A stretch of DNA of 64,000 bases, from contig NC_058368.1 of assembly GCF_018350175.1 (NCBI RefSeq), positions 202,556,001 to 202,620,000 of the forward strand, given 5' to 3'. The DNA comes from Felis catus (taxonomy: Eukaryota). A program made the translations under genes and the position numbers. Positions 51,150-64,000 of this stretch are shown here, one piece after another. Each line of letters begins with the position of its first letter. Positions within the stretch are counted from its first letter, which is position 1. A model generated the notes under the pieces. The model made no database searches, had not been told where the DNA came from, and saw only the letters and a list, made by a program, of their open reading frames with translations.

Positions 51150-52170
51150 ATATTTATATTTTATATTGGATGTTAGATAATTCCAGTCACCTCAACAGCA
51201 CCATTAGAAATGCAGGATCACCTTGTCCCTTTCTTCCTCTGTCTTCTGGATCCAGTCCATCATCAAGTACTGTCCATTCTATTTGTTAAATTGCTTTTAA
51301 TCCCTTCTGCCACTAGTTCAGACTACTGTTATCTCAAGCTCAAGCTCTTTCAATAAGAGTTTGAAATCAATTTCATTTTAGCTATATTTTCTCTTTTACA
51401 AATCATTCTCCAGTTTAGCTAAAGTAGTGGTATTTGAGAAATTCATATCTGGTCATTTCATTCCCCTGTTTAAAACTTACAAGATAATGTTCTTATTTTC
51501 TTAAATAAGACTTCTAAAACCATTCATTATTTGAAGCTACCAATATCATTTTTCTCAGCCCATCTTCAACTGTGATTTCCTCTCCTTTTCATTCCTCTGC
51601 CTTCTGCCTTTTGGATTAGCTGACTTTTAGACATCACTTAAGTTCTTGTTTTGCCCCAGAAAATTAACACACATACACACTCCACGTACATTTTACTTCT
51701 TTGATTTTTGTGTTCCAGGAAAATTCTATTCCCTCTGTTCTAGCCACATCGGTCGCCTAACATTTTTCTTTTTTAACATGCCAAACATGCATTCACATTA
51801 GGGTCTTAACATTCATGGGCTGATATTTTTTCTTCCAGAAAGATTAAGACTAACTCAGCCACCTCTTTCAAGCTTTTTCTCAACAAGGCCCTACCTACTC
51901 TGAGAATCTCAATTTATATTGCCAGTGCTTAACCCTTGCCTCGCTCCAGCCAAGCCACTTGCATTTACTAATCTCTCTGACAACACTGTTCTTCTTTTTT
52001 TTCTTTTTTTGCCATAAAACGTATAATCTTCTTAGTAATATACTACATAATTTATGTATTCATCTTGTGTATTCTGTATTGTCTGTGTACCCCTCTCCTC
52101 TAGCATTAGAATATAAGCTTCAAGAGAGTGGACAATTAACCTGTCTTGTTCACTGATGTATTCTAACAGC
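51150..52170 (+). mobile_element. L2 fragments including the 3' end
   Basis: tagaatataagcttcaagagag...tgtcttgttcactgatgtattc. Confidence 0.6.
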
Positions 52171-54786
52171 CATATATACATATTTGACCACAGCTTTGAG
52201 TATTTTTGTACACTTTGCTCTTTTTTATTAATTTATTATTTCAAAGTATGTGTAATATTTTGAAATATTGAGCATTGTCAATTTTTTACATAGACATTGT
52301 ACCAGTTTATATCAAAACCAATTGTGAATAAGTCCATTTTGCCATGTCCTCAATAGAAAAATGTATTTCAAAAGAACCAGTATTAATGGCGAGAAATGGT
52401 ATCCCATTTAAAAATTGTTTTATAATTTGTATTACCTAGAGATTTAATATTATTCATGTTTTTATTAGAAAATTTATTTTTTATTTTGTGAAACATATTT
52501 ATAACCTTTGGATAATTTTCCATTTAGATCTTAGTGTTTCCTTTGTATATTTGTGATACATTTTTAGACATTAATTATGTTATTCCTTTAACTTAATTTG
52601 TTTACAAAAAATTTATTGCTGTTTTTCTAATAATTTAGCTCCTGCCCTCTTTTGTTTATTTCCTATGCAAGCTTCATAAACACCTACTAGCAAGTTTATT
52701 GACCTTCTTACCAACAAAACTAAAGGCTGTTTTTTCTCCTTTTTTTCCTTCGATATGTTTATGCAAAACCTGCTTTTGGCTTTAAAAGAATTAGTCCTGG
52801 CTTTGCACATTATTTCTCAAAACACATTTTAGGTAGTTTTTGGGGTCATATTTCTTCCATAGACCAACTTCAGATCACCATTCTGCATGATGACATTGTT
52901 TTCCTCACTTTGTGAACAACGTGCCTGTGCTCATAACCTTTAGCAATATTGGTATGGTACAATCTAATTACCACCCCTTTCTTTTGCTTGAATCCTAGAT
53001 CTCCTCAATAAGGTGGTAAAACATACAGGTTTTCTGTTTCTGGAAAGAATGTTTTAAGTAGTTTTGAGAAGTCACGACAATAATACGAAGTATCATAATT
53101 AACACAGTGCTGATATTTGCTAGGTGGTCAGATTTTCAAATTAGGTTGTATATCATGTCCTGATGTGTTTATAATGGTTCAATCAGGTATGCTTTAGGGT
53201 GGTATAAATGTATCCTGGGAATAGTATGGAGCAAAATTATCTGGATCTATGATCTTGCAAATTTGCTTAAACTCTTATCAATTTGAATTCAATACCTATT
53301 TATTGAGCTTTATGTAAAGTTAAAAATACGTGTAAAGTACTAGAAATATAATGAAAAACAAACCATAATTCTTACATATGTGGAGTTTATGGTCTAATGA
53401 AGAGGACAAATAACGGGCAGTTATGCCTCAGCATGAAGGTGCTGTGGGAACACACAGGGGAGGATATCCACTACAATCCCAAGAGGCACAAGGAAGGTTT
53501 TCTAGAGGAAGTAAAGGCGGCACTGAGACCTAAGTTCATAACGAAATAGATGAAATTGTAGAGAACATGAAAAAAAAGGTGAACAAATCCACAGGCAACC
53601 GTGGCCACTTTGAAGCTTTTTTCTCTTTTATTTTTCTTCAGTGATAAAATGATGAGATATTTAAAAAAAACAAGTGGTGGTACACATACGACCCATTGTG
53701 AGCACGAGTTATGTTTTTTATTTTTGAGCTTGTCCTACATGCATAGTTATGTCATTTGAAAATTACATTTGTTCGTGATTATTACAGCTTAGCCCCCCTT
53801 TTCACATTGTTAATAAAGAAGTCTAGTAGAAAGAATAAGACTCCATGTTATTAAATGTAGTAAAAAGTTACTTTGTTCATTTCTCCAGCTATATTCTTTA
53901 TGTAAGTATAAAGTACTTTTCTGTTGAATAAAGAAAAATATTTTTGCTAAAAAATATAATTACAGGTTCTGTACATTCTAATTTATAGCTTTTGTCTTAC
54001 GTCTGTAGAGAAATATACACACTGTATATATAATCCCCCCAAATGGAATACAGGATTACTGCACAAGCCATTTCTATTATTGTATCCTAGTTTCAGTAAA
54101 AGTGATAGATTTAAAGACAAGTTTACTTAGTAAATTAAATAACTTTAAATTAAGAAAAAACTATTAATGAAGGGCAGAAATTTATTTTAAATGAAAATTT
54201 GCACAATCTTTATCTGCACAAATGTTGACTTCATCTAGAGTTAAATGGAATCACACCTTGAAGTAAACTCTGTCGTCAGTCTATAATATTATTATAATTA
54301 TGTCACAGTGGAAGACGTGTGTGTTTTTTTAATCTTTCATAGTGACAAACAGAACATGAGTTTTCTGTTAAAAATGAATTATCCACTTGAATTGCAAAGT
54401 AGATAAGCTTTTGTTAAGTTCCAAGAAAAGGGTTCTTTCAATATTTTTATAAATTTTGATGACTAATTTGACAATCATTAGGGTTTCTGCATTTTAAGTT
54501 TGATACTTCAAAGAGTGAATAAATTATTTTTAAAACTAAGTTTCAGTTCAAAAATGGACATAAAGCCAATATGTGTTAATGTGCCCTTTTGCCATGTATA
54601 CTATATTGCCCTGACTCTAGGTAAAATGTATGCACATAATTGTACGAGCATTATGAGAGATTTAACGGACAGATTTTAGATTAACTTAGACGTGTTTCAG
54701 CAAAATGTAAATACATATAACTAAAATTTTTACCATTGCTCAAGATAATCAGAGATATCAAAGTTAAAGGTGCATTACAATGTGAA

Positions 54787-54792
54787 ACACAG

Positions 54793-54826
<34 letters not shown>
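54787..54826. repeat. (CA)n microsatellite
   Basis: Read directly. Confidence 0.95.
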
Positions 54827-54829
<3 letters not shown>

Positions 54830-56910
54830 CAGAGTATTTGGAAGTAAAAACCAGTAGCAGAGAGAGAAATTTATCACAGTGAAGGGGAAAGCATTCAAAG
54901 GAGCTAAAAATACTAGTCCTTGTGTTTTATAATTGTGATCTTTGGCTTCTATTCTTTCTACATGTGAGAAAAGATCAAGGTAGACAACACCCTTTTGGAT
55001 GAGAGTTGCAGTGAAGAAATTGGCTGTGTTTTTTTTATAGATGTTTGTTCATTAAGTGTTTTACCCAGTGCTGTGTTGAGTATGAGAAATTAGAGCTACC
55101 TTGCAGTGAACACACACCACTATGAATAAGCACGTCCATCTCATTCAAGACTTACAATCTTCTGAAACACAGATACGTTGCCAGGTTCTGAGCTTGTTTT
55201 TTACGAGTATACTTGATGTCATGGACTGAGTGCTACAGGCATTTTCACTATAGCTGAACCATGTCCTTTCCCTGAGGGGCAGCCAGTTCTCCTGAGAGCA
55301 TTAATAGTAGCCTGATGTTGGACTCCTAAAGAACATTCTTGTAGTCCCCCACCAGTTGAAGGATGGAACATTTGCCATTCTTTGGGGTAACTTTTTCTTT
55401 TTCTTTTTTTTTTTTTTTTTGCAAAAGACCTGAAATTTTAAGAAGAAGAAGCTTTAATGCTATACTGCAAACAATTGTTCTAAAAATATCTTGGGTAAAA
55501 TAAGTACAAAAGTTTAAAATTTTCATTTAATTATTAAACCTTTTAAATATAGATGTGCTTAAATAAATATTGCAATACTTTATTTAAATATTAAATTTGG
55601 ACCTGGCAGACAGCAGTTGTACATAGAGGTTAATATTGCTCGGGAAAAACTAGATATTGTGTTCACTTTTGCTAATTTGCCCCCTGTGTCTCTCTGCTCC
55701 TTGTTGGTTCTGTCACCTGCAGACACACCAAGTTTGCAGCTACATCCTGGCTGCTCGCTACAATCTGGAAGCTTCAGCATGTCACCATTATAGTGTCCCA
55801 TGCATCCAGTCTGTCTACAGCCACTGTGTTTTCTCCTCACTTAGTTGTTTTTTTTTTTCTCCAACAGATGAATAACGTATAATTTTTCTAGGGTTAGGTG
55901 CATTTTAATGTTGGTTTTGTTTTGCTTTGTCTTGCTGAAACCAAATTAAAGCAGAGTTGCTCATCTTCTATTAGAGTAAACGTTCCCAGGATCGTGCTCA
56001 CCTCGATCACCTGTGAGTCATCCATACCTAGCGAAGCGTCTGGCTTACAATAAGCACAAATGGATGAATAAGCGACCTTTAAAATTGAAGCATGTGACAA
56101 ATCCATGAGCATTTAAATATCTCCCTGTTTATAGATTCAAATGATCTTACAGTGTGATTGTATTATGAATTAAGCCAACTTTGTCAGTTTCTGTAGATGT
56201 TTTAATTATAGAATAATAGGATGTGAAACTAGAGATAGAGGAGAAAGTCGGATAATTCAGAGTCATTTGTGCCATGCTGAGGACATTTGTTTTTTCTTCT
56301 TTTTATAGATAGGGTTCAATTATAAAATATTAAGCTGTGTTTAAAATGGCTCACTAAATGCCCAGTCATAGCAGATTGGTTGAATAAACTTAAGTTCATT
56401 TATACAATGAATTTAGAGGAAATTTAAAATGTAATTTTAAATACATTAGCAATTGGAGCCTGAACTACAATATTCCATATAAAAGTTTTAAATGCCATTC
56501 ATATGCATGGAAGACTGCAAAAAAAAATCACAAGCAATACATTTATTTCTATGAGGGAAGATGCCCATTATGTACTATTGAATGAAATACTGGTTATAAA
56601 AACTTATGTACTGATTTCTCCCTAAATAAATATATGTATATTTAAAATATATGGAAAAAGAGAGAGAATATAAATAAAGAAAAATATCTAGGAAGAACTA
56701 TACCAAATATTAACAGCAATTAAATCAGTGGGTGCATTATCAGCATCATGCTGTAAGCAGCTGAGCTAACTAGCCAACCCAAATCAGTGGTAGCACTAAA
56801 TAATATTTTGTATTTGCTTTGTTTGTTTGTTTGTCTCTAATTTTTCTAAGTTTTCATCAATGAATATATCTGTTGAGTAGTTGTAAGTCATTATAGTAGT
56901 TAAGTTTAAA

Positions 56911-57122
56911 TTTTTTTTTCAACGTTTATTTATTTTTGGGACAGAGAGAGACAGAGCATGAACGGGGGAGGGGCAGAGAGAGAGGGAGACACAGAATCAG
57001 AAACAGGCTCCAGGCTCTGAGCCATCAGCCCAGAGCCTGACGCGGGGCTCGAACTCCCGGACCGCGAGATCGTGACCTGGCTGAAGTCGGACGCTTAACC
57101 GACTGCGCCACCCAGGCGCCCC
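56911..57122 (-). mobile_element. Young SINEC_Fc-type CanSINE
   Basis: Most CpGs intact. TSD agtagtta(a/t)gtttaaa at 56895-56910 / 57123-57138. Confidence 0.95.
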
Positions 57123-58160
57123 AGTAGTTATGTTTAAAATTGATGAGAATGTGAATTATTGGTAGTCAAGAAACATACAAATGGGAGAAAGGCACCAAAT
57201 ATTTAGGAGATAAAATTCGTAGGAATAGAGGATGAACAAAAACAAAATAGTTAAGGTTGAATCTCAGATTTCTTCAGTTTCTGGGTAAATGTCTTTGTCA
57301 CTAACTAAAATAACCAAAATAGAGAATGCTTAGTGAAAGTAACTTTAAGTTTGATTTGGGGCATGTTGAGTTTGATATGAGTCTAGGACGTATGGTTAAG
57401 ATAAATAAACAAAAAATAAATAGAGAAATAAAACAGGGAAGATATAGTCTATAAGAAGAGTTTTTCAGGGGAAGTATTACAGGCATCAGCTAGAGAAAGT
57501 GGATTTTCAGTAAAGGGCAACAACAGTAACAATAAAATCTATGAATGAGGCCAAAAGAAGTATTCTGATAGTATGGATGTCTGGAAAACTACGGGAGTAA
57601 AAAGTTTCAGAATGTCAATAATCTAAAATGTGAAAAGCAATAGAGATAAAAAAAAAAAACTTAGGCTGCAGAACATAAATTGCTATGTCAGCAGGAGGGC
57701 ATTGAGGTGGACTTTGGCAAGAAGAGGCAATGGGCACAAAAATGAGACTGGGCTAAGGCAGTGAGTAGGAAATGAGGGAGTGTAGATGGTCAGTATGAAA
57801 GAGAATGGTATATACATGGGGATTCGAGTGGAGATTTCTTTCCAATTTTATTTTTGTTGCTGTTTTCCTTTTTTGATTTTTTAAAAGGATGATTTAGACA
57901 TAAATAGGTTTATAGCCTAAAATGAAAACATTGCTCAAATTAAGGGGAAAAAAGTAGAAAGGAATATCATATGTGCTTAAATACTCCTTTCATTTTTTCC
58001 TCCTAAATGGTGCTGACTTGAACAACATAAAACTCAACTCTTGGCACACACCAACTGATTGTAGAAGAGACAAACCAAAGGTATAAGGCAGATTGTAAGG
58101 AAGCGAGTTTAAGATTAAAAAACTTCACAGAGTACCATCAAGAAGAAATCATTGGGGAGA

Positions 58161-58375
58161 GGCACCTGGGTGGCTCAGTCGGTTCAGCGGCCTACTTCAG
58201 CTCAGGTCATGATCTTGTGGCCCGTGAGTCCGAGCCCCGCGTCGGGCTCTGTGCTGACAGCTCAGAGCCTGGAGCCTGTTTCGGATTCTGTGTCTCCCTC
58301 TCTCTGACCCTCCCCCGTTCACGCTCTGTCTCTCTCTGTCTCAAAAATAAATAAACGTTAAAAAACAATTAAAAA
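58161..58375 (+). mobile_element. CanSINE (fairly young)
   Basis: Perfect 21-bp direct repeat aagaagaaatcattggggaga at 58140-58160 / 58376-58396. Confidence 0.95.
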
Positions 58376-59164
58376 AAGAAGAAATCATTGGGGAGAAATC
58401 CAGCCCAAAGACAGGGAAACCATTTACAAAGCAGAAACTCCAACCTAGGAAAGAATTAATGTATATCTAGAATACAAATGAAGCAGAGGAGTGGAAAAGG
58501 AGAAGAAATCCAAATAAAAAAAATCATGCTGACTGATTGAATGATCATAAAACTCTAAGCATTTCTAGGTTTGACCAATTGTATAAAGGCAGTGAATCTC
58601 CCTGACTCTAGGAAGCTGGGTTGGTCATTGATCCCACTGCACCTGGAAGAGTCTGGGGCTTGTGTTCCTCTTTGATGTTAGGTCTTCTTCTCTCTGAAAT
58701 TTCGTTGGTGAGTCTACTTCTAAACCTATCTACTGCTCATCTGCTGTATATCCCATTTTACTGTATTTTTAATCCAGCAATGACAGTTTTACTCTGTGTT
58801 AACTTCCAGTCTTGGCAATCCCAGTCGACTTGGTCATAGATTTCCTTAGTCAATCTGGGACCTGAACTTGTTCTCCATGCTCTGCCATGCCCGAGGAGAC
58901 AAGTCTATTTGACCATAAAATTCAAATATTTTTCACATATACTTAGAAACACGCAGATTCCATACTAATACATACTATTCACTTGATACTGGTTTTTCTT
59001 ACATACATTCAGTAGTGGCTTCACCCTAAGTTCTCACTGACAGCACAGTCATTGAATCTGTAAAGATACAGGCTTTTTCCATTTTTTTAGCCAGATGGCT
59101 TACTTAAAATTGTTAAGTGAATATGACTTCTAATTTGCAAATTAACAGTAAAATTAATACTGCC

Positions 59165-59520
59165 CCATCCTAGTCAGCTGGGGCTTCTGTAATGAAATCC
59201 ATAGACTTGAATGACTTCAGCAAGATATTTATTTCTCACAGTTCTCGAGGTTGGAGAGTCCAAAAGACATGTGCTGGCAGATTTGATGTCTGGTGAGAGT
59301 CCTCTTCCTTGTTCACAGATGGCCATGTGCCTGCTGTATCCTCACATGGTGGAAAGAGAGAGAACAAGTTCTCTGGTCTCTTGCTCTAAGGGCCCCAATC
59401 CTTTGATGAAAACTCTACCTTTATGACCTAATGACCTCCCAAGGCCCTATCTCTAAATACCAGCATGTCAGAGGTTAAGGCTCAATATGAACTTGAGAGA
59501 GACCCACTCCATCTATAGCA
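59165..59520 (-). mobile_element. MLT1A-like LTR
   Basis: atttatttctcacagttctcgaggttgg...gtctggtgagag...cctcacatggtggaa...atgacctaatgacctcccaaggcc...atctatagca. Confidence 0.85.
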
Positions 59521-59842
59521 TTTCCTTTTAAAGGATGATTATCTATCAAATTGGTTGGCAGATAATAAAGTTTATAAAAATCCTTAAAAGAACTTTGCAG
59601 TATGGATAACATCTACAGGAATATTGAAAACACTTTTGTCTCCTTTTCAGGGTAGAAATGTCTTTTAGATACTCTCGCCTGCTGCTTTTAAAAAATGCTT
59701 TGTAAATGTTTTTATTTACAATTTAATTCTAAAACTTTTAGAATTCTCATTCTGTATATTAAACCCAAAATTTGGGCCTTCAATATGACTGTTTAGGAAA
59801 TGCTGATATTTTTCAAAAAAAGTTAGAAAAAAGGGTTCCAGA

Positions 59843-60055
59843 CGGTGCTTGGGTGGCTTAGTTGGTTAAGCATCCCACTCTTGTTTTTGGCTCAAGTCAT
59901 GATCTTGTGGTTCGTGAGTTCGAGCCCCACGTAAGGCTCTGTGCTTACAGTGCAGAGCCTGCTTGGGATTCTCTCTCTCTTCCTCTCTGCCCCTCCCTTG
60001 TTTGTGCTCTCTTCTTTCAAAATACATAAATAAACTTATAAAAAGAAAAAAAAAC
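59843..60055 (+). mobile_element. CanSINE
   Basis: Flanked by agaaaaaagggtt(c/a)caga. Confidence 0.92.
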
Positions 60056-60999
60056 AGAAAAAAGGGTTACAGAAATATAAGTATGTAGAGAGGTAGACTT
60101 ATTAAAACTTTTCACCTTTTGAGTCTTAAATAAAAATGCATGTTTTTTATTTCTAAATACACTGCTAAGCATAATACAGAAATACGCTCTTCCATTAATT
60201 CTTATACTACATAAATATACTAAAGGAATGAAAGAATGTGGAGTCTAGAATCGATGCTGAATTTAGCAGAAAACATGACAGTGATTTGTGAGTTTGAATG
60301 CTGGTTGAAAGCCCAGATAATAATGATAGTAACCTTTTGGACTCCTCCATTTAGAATTTGTCAGAAATACTGAATCCTATTGAGTTTAAATCATGCCAAC
60401 TTAATAGGAATAAGTCCAAATATTCAGTTTTATAGAGTGGATTTTGGCTTGGTGTAGGTGTCTGTTACAGGGTTAGCCCATTAACTCAAATTGATAATGG
60501 ATCTGGAACTCCTTAAAATACAGTGGGCTTTATGTTCTCAGATCCAGCATCAGAGGATACTGGTTTTTTTTGGATAATTGAAAATAGTCACAAAAATTCA
60601 AAATTGTCTGTGCCTTCATAAAAATATTGTTAGTCCTGCAATATTTTTAAAATTCTAGAAGCTTAGAACATTCAGAACGTAGAAACCAAGCTCCTCCATT
60701 TAACAATTTTATTATTGTAGAACATGTAAAAATTTTATGATCATACAACATATGACAATGACCATAAAAATAATTAAAACATGATTAACCACTAGTTTAT
60801 TTTACATACTCAACTAGTTCCTACTAGACTTAACAGGTAAATAAATATCCCATTGGAATCATTTTCATTTTTAAAAACATACATTATTTTTGAGTAGGTG
60901 ACACCTGGATTGCAGTATTTGTGTGCTACTTATTTTATATAAACATGCAACTGACTTAGCATTAACAGGTAGTGGATTTCACTCATCCATTCTCCAATC

Positions 61000-61836
61000 A
61001 ACTGTTTGTAATTGACATATGTTTATTGTAATTAAAGACTTTGTGCAAAGAGATATTTTGAGATACTAAGAGAGTAAGATAAAATCCTCCTCATCAAGCT
61101 TATATTTTAATGGAGACAGAAAGAAGAATCATAAACATTTTCAAATATAGTAATTAGAAGTAAATAACATGGCGGCTAAGAGAAAGGGATGCATATGAGG
61201 CCTGAGAAGTAAGCAGTGACCAGACCATGAAGGGCCATAAATGTTACACTTAGGATCTTGGCCTTTATCTCAGATTTAATGGAGCTTCATTAAAGATTTC
61301 TAACCAGGAAAGTGGCATCATCTTATTTATGTTTTAGAAAGAAAACTCTAGTTGCAGGGTACCAGAGGGTAAATCAAGAGAGCTACAAATAATTTAGGAA
61401 GTTTTGGAATAACTCAAGTGGAAAATGAGGAATGTCTGAATTGAAGACTTTGTGATTCAAAAACTTTTATGGCGGGATACTCACAGGTTGTAGTTACTAA
61501 TTGAATGTGGAGGACGAGGGAACAGAGTAAACCTAGCATTAGCCTGAGGAGACACTTCGGTGAGGCTTGGTATGTATTAGTCCCTGTAGAGAATTCACCT
61601 GGGATATGGAGGTGGGAAGAGTTTAATACAGTTTCATACATCTTCAGAGTGACCTGACTGTGGATTTTAAAATGAAGAGGGAGGACTCTTGATTTCAGTT
61701 CAGGTAATAATCTCTCGGTTCATGAGTTCCAGCCCTACACTGGGTTCATGCTGGCAGTACAGATCCTCTCTCTCTCTCCCTCTCTCTCCCCTGCCCACTC
61801 TCACTTTTTGTTTGAAATAAATAAATAAACTTAAAA

Positions 61837-61875
<39 letters not shown>

Positions 61876-63240
61876 AATGAACAGGTGTCTTCAGTAGAAT
61901 TCAAGGTAATGGAGCCCCTGACTATAAGTAATGATTGAAGTTATAGAAATGGAAGGGTCCCTCAAGGAGAGTGTATAGAGTGGAATCTGAGTAATTTATA
62001 TTCCTAGAGAGCAGAGACTGTATACCTTGACACCGAATTATACTTCATGAGAGAAATGGGAATAAATGAGGAGCAATAAGGAAAATTGCTTATTAAAATA
62101 TCAGAAACAGAGAAAGTGGAGTGTGGAGGAGGAGTAAATAAAACCTGGTGAATATACAGGGAGGTCAAGCAGATGTAGTTTGCAAATTGCTTATTGTATA
62201 GCCACAGAGATATATGTCGATTTCACCATGAATGTTCTCAGCTGAAATAGGAGACATCAGATTCCACATGTTTAAAAGTGAATATAGGGTCAAAATTGGA
62301 GAATATGTAAACAACTTTTCAATATATTTGAGACAAGAAGTAGATATTAGTATAGTGGATGGAGAGGAATAGAGGTTGAGTGGACAAATTTTTAATATAG
62401 GAGAGATTTAAATATGCTTAAATTCTGATAAGAGAAAATATAGGGGTGAATCTGAGGAAGAAGACAGGATAATGAATGAAACAAGGCCACTGAGAATATA
62501 GCAAGATTAAGAAAAGAGAAAGAGTTGTCAGAGAGGGAAACAAATGACATCCACTTGAAAGTAAGGAGAAAGGATGGATGTAAATAAGTCTGTAAATGAC
62601 AATGTTTCTCAGTAAAATTGGAAGTTAAATATTTTCTTGTGATGAAATAAGCAGGTGAAGTATGGTAGACTTTGGGAGACTTGGAAAAGTTTGAACTAGC
62701 TAACCTGAGATTCAGATTTGCTGTGTAGGGATGTGCACATAACACTAAACAGTGTTGAAAATCTAGTTAATGTTAAAACTGTGAGCTAGTTGTGCAGTTA
62801 TGGCATTCTCTTCAGCAATATATGGAAGCTCATATATAGGAGTGAGATTGTGGACAGTCAGATAATCTTGGAACAGGATATTACCATGAAAATGCATCAG
62901 AGCAGAAGATAATTGACAATTTTGGTAAGATACTGGTTGAAATGATGGACTTTTGTGTCAGACTGGGTAATGAAGGAAGTGATGAGCAGAGAGAAGAGAG
63001 CAGGAGAAAATGGAACTTTTCCAAGAGTAGCCACCTCAAACAATTTAAAAAAAAGTTTAGTGAGAATAAGACAATGAAGAATAAAAACTAGGTAGGAAAA
63101 AAGATGGCACCAGAGAAGTAAGGTTTGGTAATTAAAAGCTTGAATAAGGACAAGCTACACAATGACAATGTCTATATGAATATTGATCATGTAATCCGGG
63201 TGTGACAAAGGATGACAGATAGTCTAGAATTAATGAGTAC
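61000..63240 (-). mobile_element. Extended degraded L2, interrupted by a SINE
   Basis: gaccagaccatgaagggcc...ttggcctttatc...ttatgttttagaaaga and purine-rich L2-like continuation. Confidence 0.55.
61679..61875 (+). mobile_element. Degenerate CanSINE with a (TAAA)n tail
   Basis: gactcttgatttcagttcagg...gagttccagccc; the A-box region is missing. Confidence 0.85.
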
Positions 63241-63327
63241 AAAAATTACAAACAAAATTTGTATATAACTTATTTCATTATAGGCACAAGATAAAGATTC
63301 TCTTCAAATCAGAGTCTCCATTCTGTT

Positions 63328-63328
<1 letters not shown>

Positions 63329-63359
<31 letters not shown>
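63329..63359. repeat. (CA)n microsatellite
   Basis: Read directly. Confidence 0.95.
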
Positions 63360-63361
<2 letters not shown>

Positions 63362-63435
63362 GAATTTGAAAAAATATGTAATAATCCCAAAGGTCCTTAT
63401 TTACTAAAATGTCCACTTGTTTTCAAACTAGGAAG

Positions 63436-63633
63436 TCCTTTCTTTCTTTCCACCCCGCCAACTCCCTCCCTGCTTCCTTGCCTCCCTTTCTTCCTTCCTC
63501 CTTCCCGCCTTCTATCCCTCCCTCCCACCCTTCCTTCCTTCCTTCTTTCCTTCCTTCCTTCCTTCCTTCCTTCCTTCCTTCCTTCCTTCCTTCCTCCCTC
63601 CCTCCCTCCCTCCCTCCCTTCTTTCTTTCTTCC
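63436..63633. repeat. Polypyrimidine (CCTT)n/(CCCT)n tract
   Basis: Read directly. Confidence 0.95.
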
Positions 63634-63667
63634 TGTTCCTTCGTCTCTTGTTCATATTCTTATATTT

Positions 63668-64000
63668 TATAAACATGTGTTAAGCACCTGCTATGTGAAT
63701 ACAGTGCTTGACCTCCAGGGTTTTACAATCTAGTTGAGGACACAGATGTATAAACATGTAATTATAGTCAAGTATAAAACATTTTTATAGAATTATGGAC
63801 TAGGTCCTATGGGAGGAAACTCTTAATTCTCTCCCGAGAGAAGTCAAGTAAGCCTTTCCTGAGGAAGTGATGTTTGAGCCAAGTTTTGAAATATGAATAA
63901 GAAAGTCATCAGTCCAAAAAGAGATGGGATGGAAGGCCTTATACCAAGAGACAATATTATGTAAACAGATACAGGCCCTGATCAATCATGTTGTATAAAG
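63668..64000 (-). mobile_element. L2 3' fragment
   Basis: taagcacctgctatgtg...ttacaatctagttg...ttcctgaggaagtgatgtttgagc. Confidence 0.6.

Noticed and set aside
1..64000. CRISPR array, operon or other prokaryote-type system; CpG-island promoter
   Set aside because: This is mammalian repeat-rich DNA with no regular repeat-spacer array, and CpG-rich stretches are almost confined to young SINEs.

Overview
AT-rich, CpG-poor mammalian non-coding DNA. The tRNA-derived CanSINEs, including young SINEC_Fc-type copies, and the L1 3' ends point to a carnivore, most likely a felid. The window is largely interspersed repeats: about 24 CanSINEs, three multi-kb L1 copies, short L1 3' ends, old L1M/L2/MIR fragments, MLT1 LTRs, hAT MITEs and many microsatellites. 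No host protein-coding exon could be identified; the ORF track is explained by L1 fragments, SINEs and simple repeats. The stand-out feature is a full-length U6 snRNA retrocopy (30500-30606, minus) fused at its 5-U end to about 4.8 kb of L1, breaking inside ORF1. This chimera is nested in the A-tail of an older CanSINE, and both sets of target-site duplications (TSDs) are visible. U6/L1 chimeras are a known class, so this is a well-preserved example rather than a new system. Two repeat-free blocks (about 13.5-14.1 kb and 55.6-56.1 kb) carry candidate regulatory or splice signals. Repeat family names come from recalled consensus similarity, not from a database search, and the boundaries of old repeats are approximate.
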